Shown: one piece after another, positions 62,540 to 64,000 of the stretch | Layout: every line of letters begins with the position of its first letter | Numbering within the stretch: position 1 is the first letter of the stretch | Origin: a virus | Lineage: Duplodnaviria > Heunggongvirae > Uroviricota > Caudoviricetes | Virus record (IMG/VR): IMGVR_UViG_3300017987_005500 | Strand: one strand, 5' to 3' | DNA length: 64,000 bases | The notes under the pieces: generated by a model | Database searches by the model: none | Told to the model about the DNA's origin: nothing | The model's input: the letters and a program-made list of their open reading frames with translations, nothing else | Position numbers and translations under genes: made by a program

Positions 62540-63120
62540 CCAACAATATATGTTTCTGTTAATGAATGACAATTTGGGCAAAGTAAATCTAAATTTTCAG
62601 GTCTATTATTAGTCCAGTCTCCATCTTTATGATGTAATTGCAATGGGACTTTATTTGTAGTAGGATGTATTTCATCCCATTTGCATATAGAACATTGATT
62701 ATTATATTTTTCAATTAACCATTTTTTCATAAATCCTTGAGGAGATTTATATTTATTTGGATTTTTAAACCAATCTTCTAATTTGTCATTGTAAAGTTTA
62801 TTATGATAGCATTTAAAATTACAATATTGTCTATTGGTTATCTCATTCTCGCAAAATAAACATTTATTTATAGTTGGAGTTTTTGGTTCCCCAGTTCCTC
62901 CAAGACTTATACTTATTTTCCTTTTTGTTTCTTCATTATGTACTCTTCCTTTATTAGTAATTGTTGCTGAACAACTTAAAGAGCAGAATTTATTTTGATC
63001 ACCAATTAACTTATTATTACATTCTGGATTTTCACAAATTCGCAATCCTTTGCAATGTTTTTTATGCATATCATAATGCTGACTTGATTTAAAACTTCGC
63101 CCACAAATACATTCTATCAT
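62540..63120 (-). CDS. HNH endonuclease (N-terminal part of the 61882..63120 ORF)
   Basis: 'LQLHHKDGDWTNNRPENLDLLCPNCHSLTE' HNH box; N-terminal CxxC/HxxC clusters. No stop codon before the tRNA-like element, so the 3' boundary is uncertain. Confidence 0.55.
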
Positions 63121-63377
63121 AATAATCTTTCTTCGTTTATCTTTTCATAAATAAGAATATGTTCAATTGAATGAATCCCATCTTCGCTTGTTGGACACAT
63201 ATCGCTAAATATATCAATAAGCTCAGAGTCTACATTTGGATATAAATCACTGGGAACTCCACTTATAGAGTTATGATTTGGCCAACTGTTTTTATAAGGA
63301 TTATTCTTTTTAAACTCTTTGATAGCTTCAAATAAAGGTCTTAATTTGTTGATAGTTTCTTTATCAACGTCAGTCAT
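63117..63377 (-). CDS. Hypothetical protein (86 aa)
   Basis: Small ORF, ATGA-coupled. Confidence 0.4.
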   Translation of the reverse strand: MTDVDKETINKLRPLFEAIKEFKKNNPYKNSWPNHNSISGVPSDLYPNVDSELIDIFSDMCPTSEDGIHSIEHILIYEKINEERLL

Positions 63378-63425
63378 TTCCCATAGTCCGCGTCATTTTT
63401 GTCTGCTTTAATATCAAGGATCATT

Positions 63426-63677
63426 TCAAAATTCCTTTCGTTTAAATTTCTCATGCCATGCTTCCATATTTTCTCCCCGATATTCTTTTGGCAAACTTTC
63501 AACATAAGTAATATGATCTTGCCAATGAGGTTTTATAAGGGGATGAGCATGTTTAAATGCTTCGTCATATTCGCCTTTTAAAAGCAATGTCGTACATGAT
63601 CCAGGATAAATTCCATGACTTACCCATGTTTCAATTGCTTCTATAATTGATGTGTCAACTCTTAATTCTTTAGTCAT
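63426..63677 (-). CDS. Hypothetical protein (83 aa)
   Basis: Small ORF. Confidence 0.4.
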   Translation of the reverse strand: MTKELRVDTSIIEAIETWVSHGIYPGSCTTLLLKGEYDEAFKHAHPLIKPHWQDHITYVESLPKEYRGENMEAWHEKFKRKEF

Positions 63678-64000
63678 TTATATCTAACCTTTACTAATTG
63701 CAATGTTAAAAATGTACATGTCATAACTGGTCCAAAACAAAATAATACTAAATCCATTAAAATTGATTCTTGATCAAGTTTAAATGAAAATAACCAATTA
63801 ATTATGCCACATATCAACCATGGCCAACCCATAACATTTCCCATAGCTAAGAAAATTGAACATAAAAGGGAATAAACTACAAATGCGCTATGAGTAATTA
63901 CTTGTGTTCTCATTTTTGAAAAAAGTTTAAATTCTTCTTTCAATTCACATGACTCTGCACAAATCATATGAACCATACAATGATGACAAGGATTTTTCAT
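63674..64000 (-). CDS. Membrane protein, partial at window edge
   Basis: Multiple hydrophobic segments; ORF open at window end. Confidence 0.4.
   Translation of the reverse strand: MKNPCHHCMVHMICAESCELKEEFKLFSKMRTQVITHSAFVVYSLLCSIFLAMGNVMGWPWLICGIINWLFSFKLDQESILMDLVLFCFGPVMTCTFLTLQLVKVRYK

Noticed and set aside
1-64000. Genome-wide TAG (amber) recoding implied by the CTA suppressor tRNA
   Set aside because: Long essential genes are uninterrupted under the standard code. Adjacent same-strand small ORFs checked (e.g. 26424-26675 / 26685-26948) are separated by TAA, not TAG.
1-64000. CRISPR arrays or prophage integrase/att sites
   Set aside because: No regularly spaced direct repeats with unique spacers. 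No integrase-like ORF. Repeats present are tRNA-cluster motifs and gene paralogs.

Overview
This 64-kb window reads as part of an AT-rich (~30% GC) tailed dsDNA phage genome, with genes densely packed and about 80% on the minus strand. The gene content suggests a distant T4-like organisation, which is an inference from family resemblance and gene order rather than a database result. Coordinates for less-aligned features are approximate.

Main contents by position:
- 1-8.2 kb (plus strand): a 5'-truncated kinase-like ORF, a CCA-adding tRNA nucleotidyltransferase with an HD domain, and small hypothetical genes bounded by rho-independent terminators.
- 8.2-17 kb: a head-morphogenesis block in T4 order. 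It runs portal candidate, Gly/Met/Pro-rich core protein, an inserted HNH endonuclease, prohead protease/core candidate, two coiled-coil scaffold proteins and a major capsid candidate, followed by strongly acidic proteins.
- 17-18.7 kb: an SF4 (DnaB/T7 gp4-type) replicative helicase.
- 18.6-21.1 kb: a tandem array of seven paralogous small zinc-ribbon (CxxCxGxG) proteins with a conserved 'VDWVENVVGK' core and divergent C-termini. An eighth copy lies at 33.8 kb.
- 21.4-28.2 kb: a nucleotide/DNA-modification cluster. It contains a DpdA/TGT-family transglycosylase (DSGGFQ motif), a Pol-beta-type nucleotidyltransferase, a frameshifted MazG-like gene, a ThyA-family enzyme and QueE. A GroES-like co-chaperonin and ribosomal protein S21 sit in the same stretch.
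- 28.2-31.4 kb: a family-B DNA polymerase with an N-terminal UDG-like domain.
- 34-36.3 kb: a GT-B glycosyltransferase, a HIGH-motif cytidylyltransferase and an LmbE-like deacetylase.
- 36.3-62.5 kb: more than 20 minus-strand tRNA or tRNA-like genes. Assigned anticodons include Arg, Thr (two copies), His (two copies), Cys, Ala, Lys, Gly, Met, Ile, Ser (two), Phe, Pro and a CTA amber suppressor. Several have aberrant architecture: 45-60-nt insertions between the acceptor 5' strand and the rest of the body, unpaired acceptors, or anticodons beginning with A. These are interspersed with HNH endonucleases and RNA-related enzymes (a P-loop Pnk-like kinase, a HAD 3'-phosphatase, a PTH2-like hydrolase, a metallophosphatase).
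- Also present: two vWA proteins, an SPFH lipoprotein, a second five-member tandem paralog family (45.3-46.9 kb), duplicated membrane and secreted FN3-like proteins, and a type-IV-pilin-like gene reading in-frame through a tRNA-like element from an HNH gene.

No CRISPR array was seen. TAG recoding was checked and not supported, because long ORFs are intact under the standard code.
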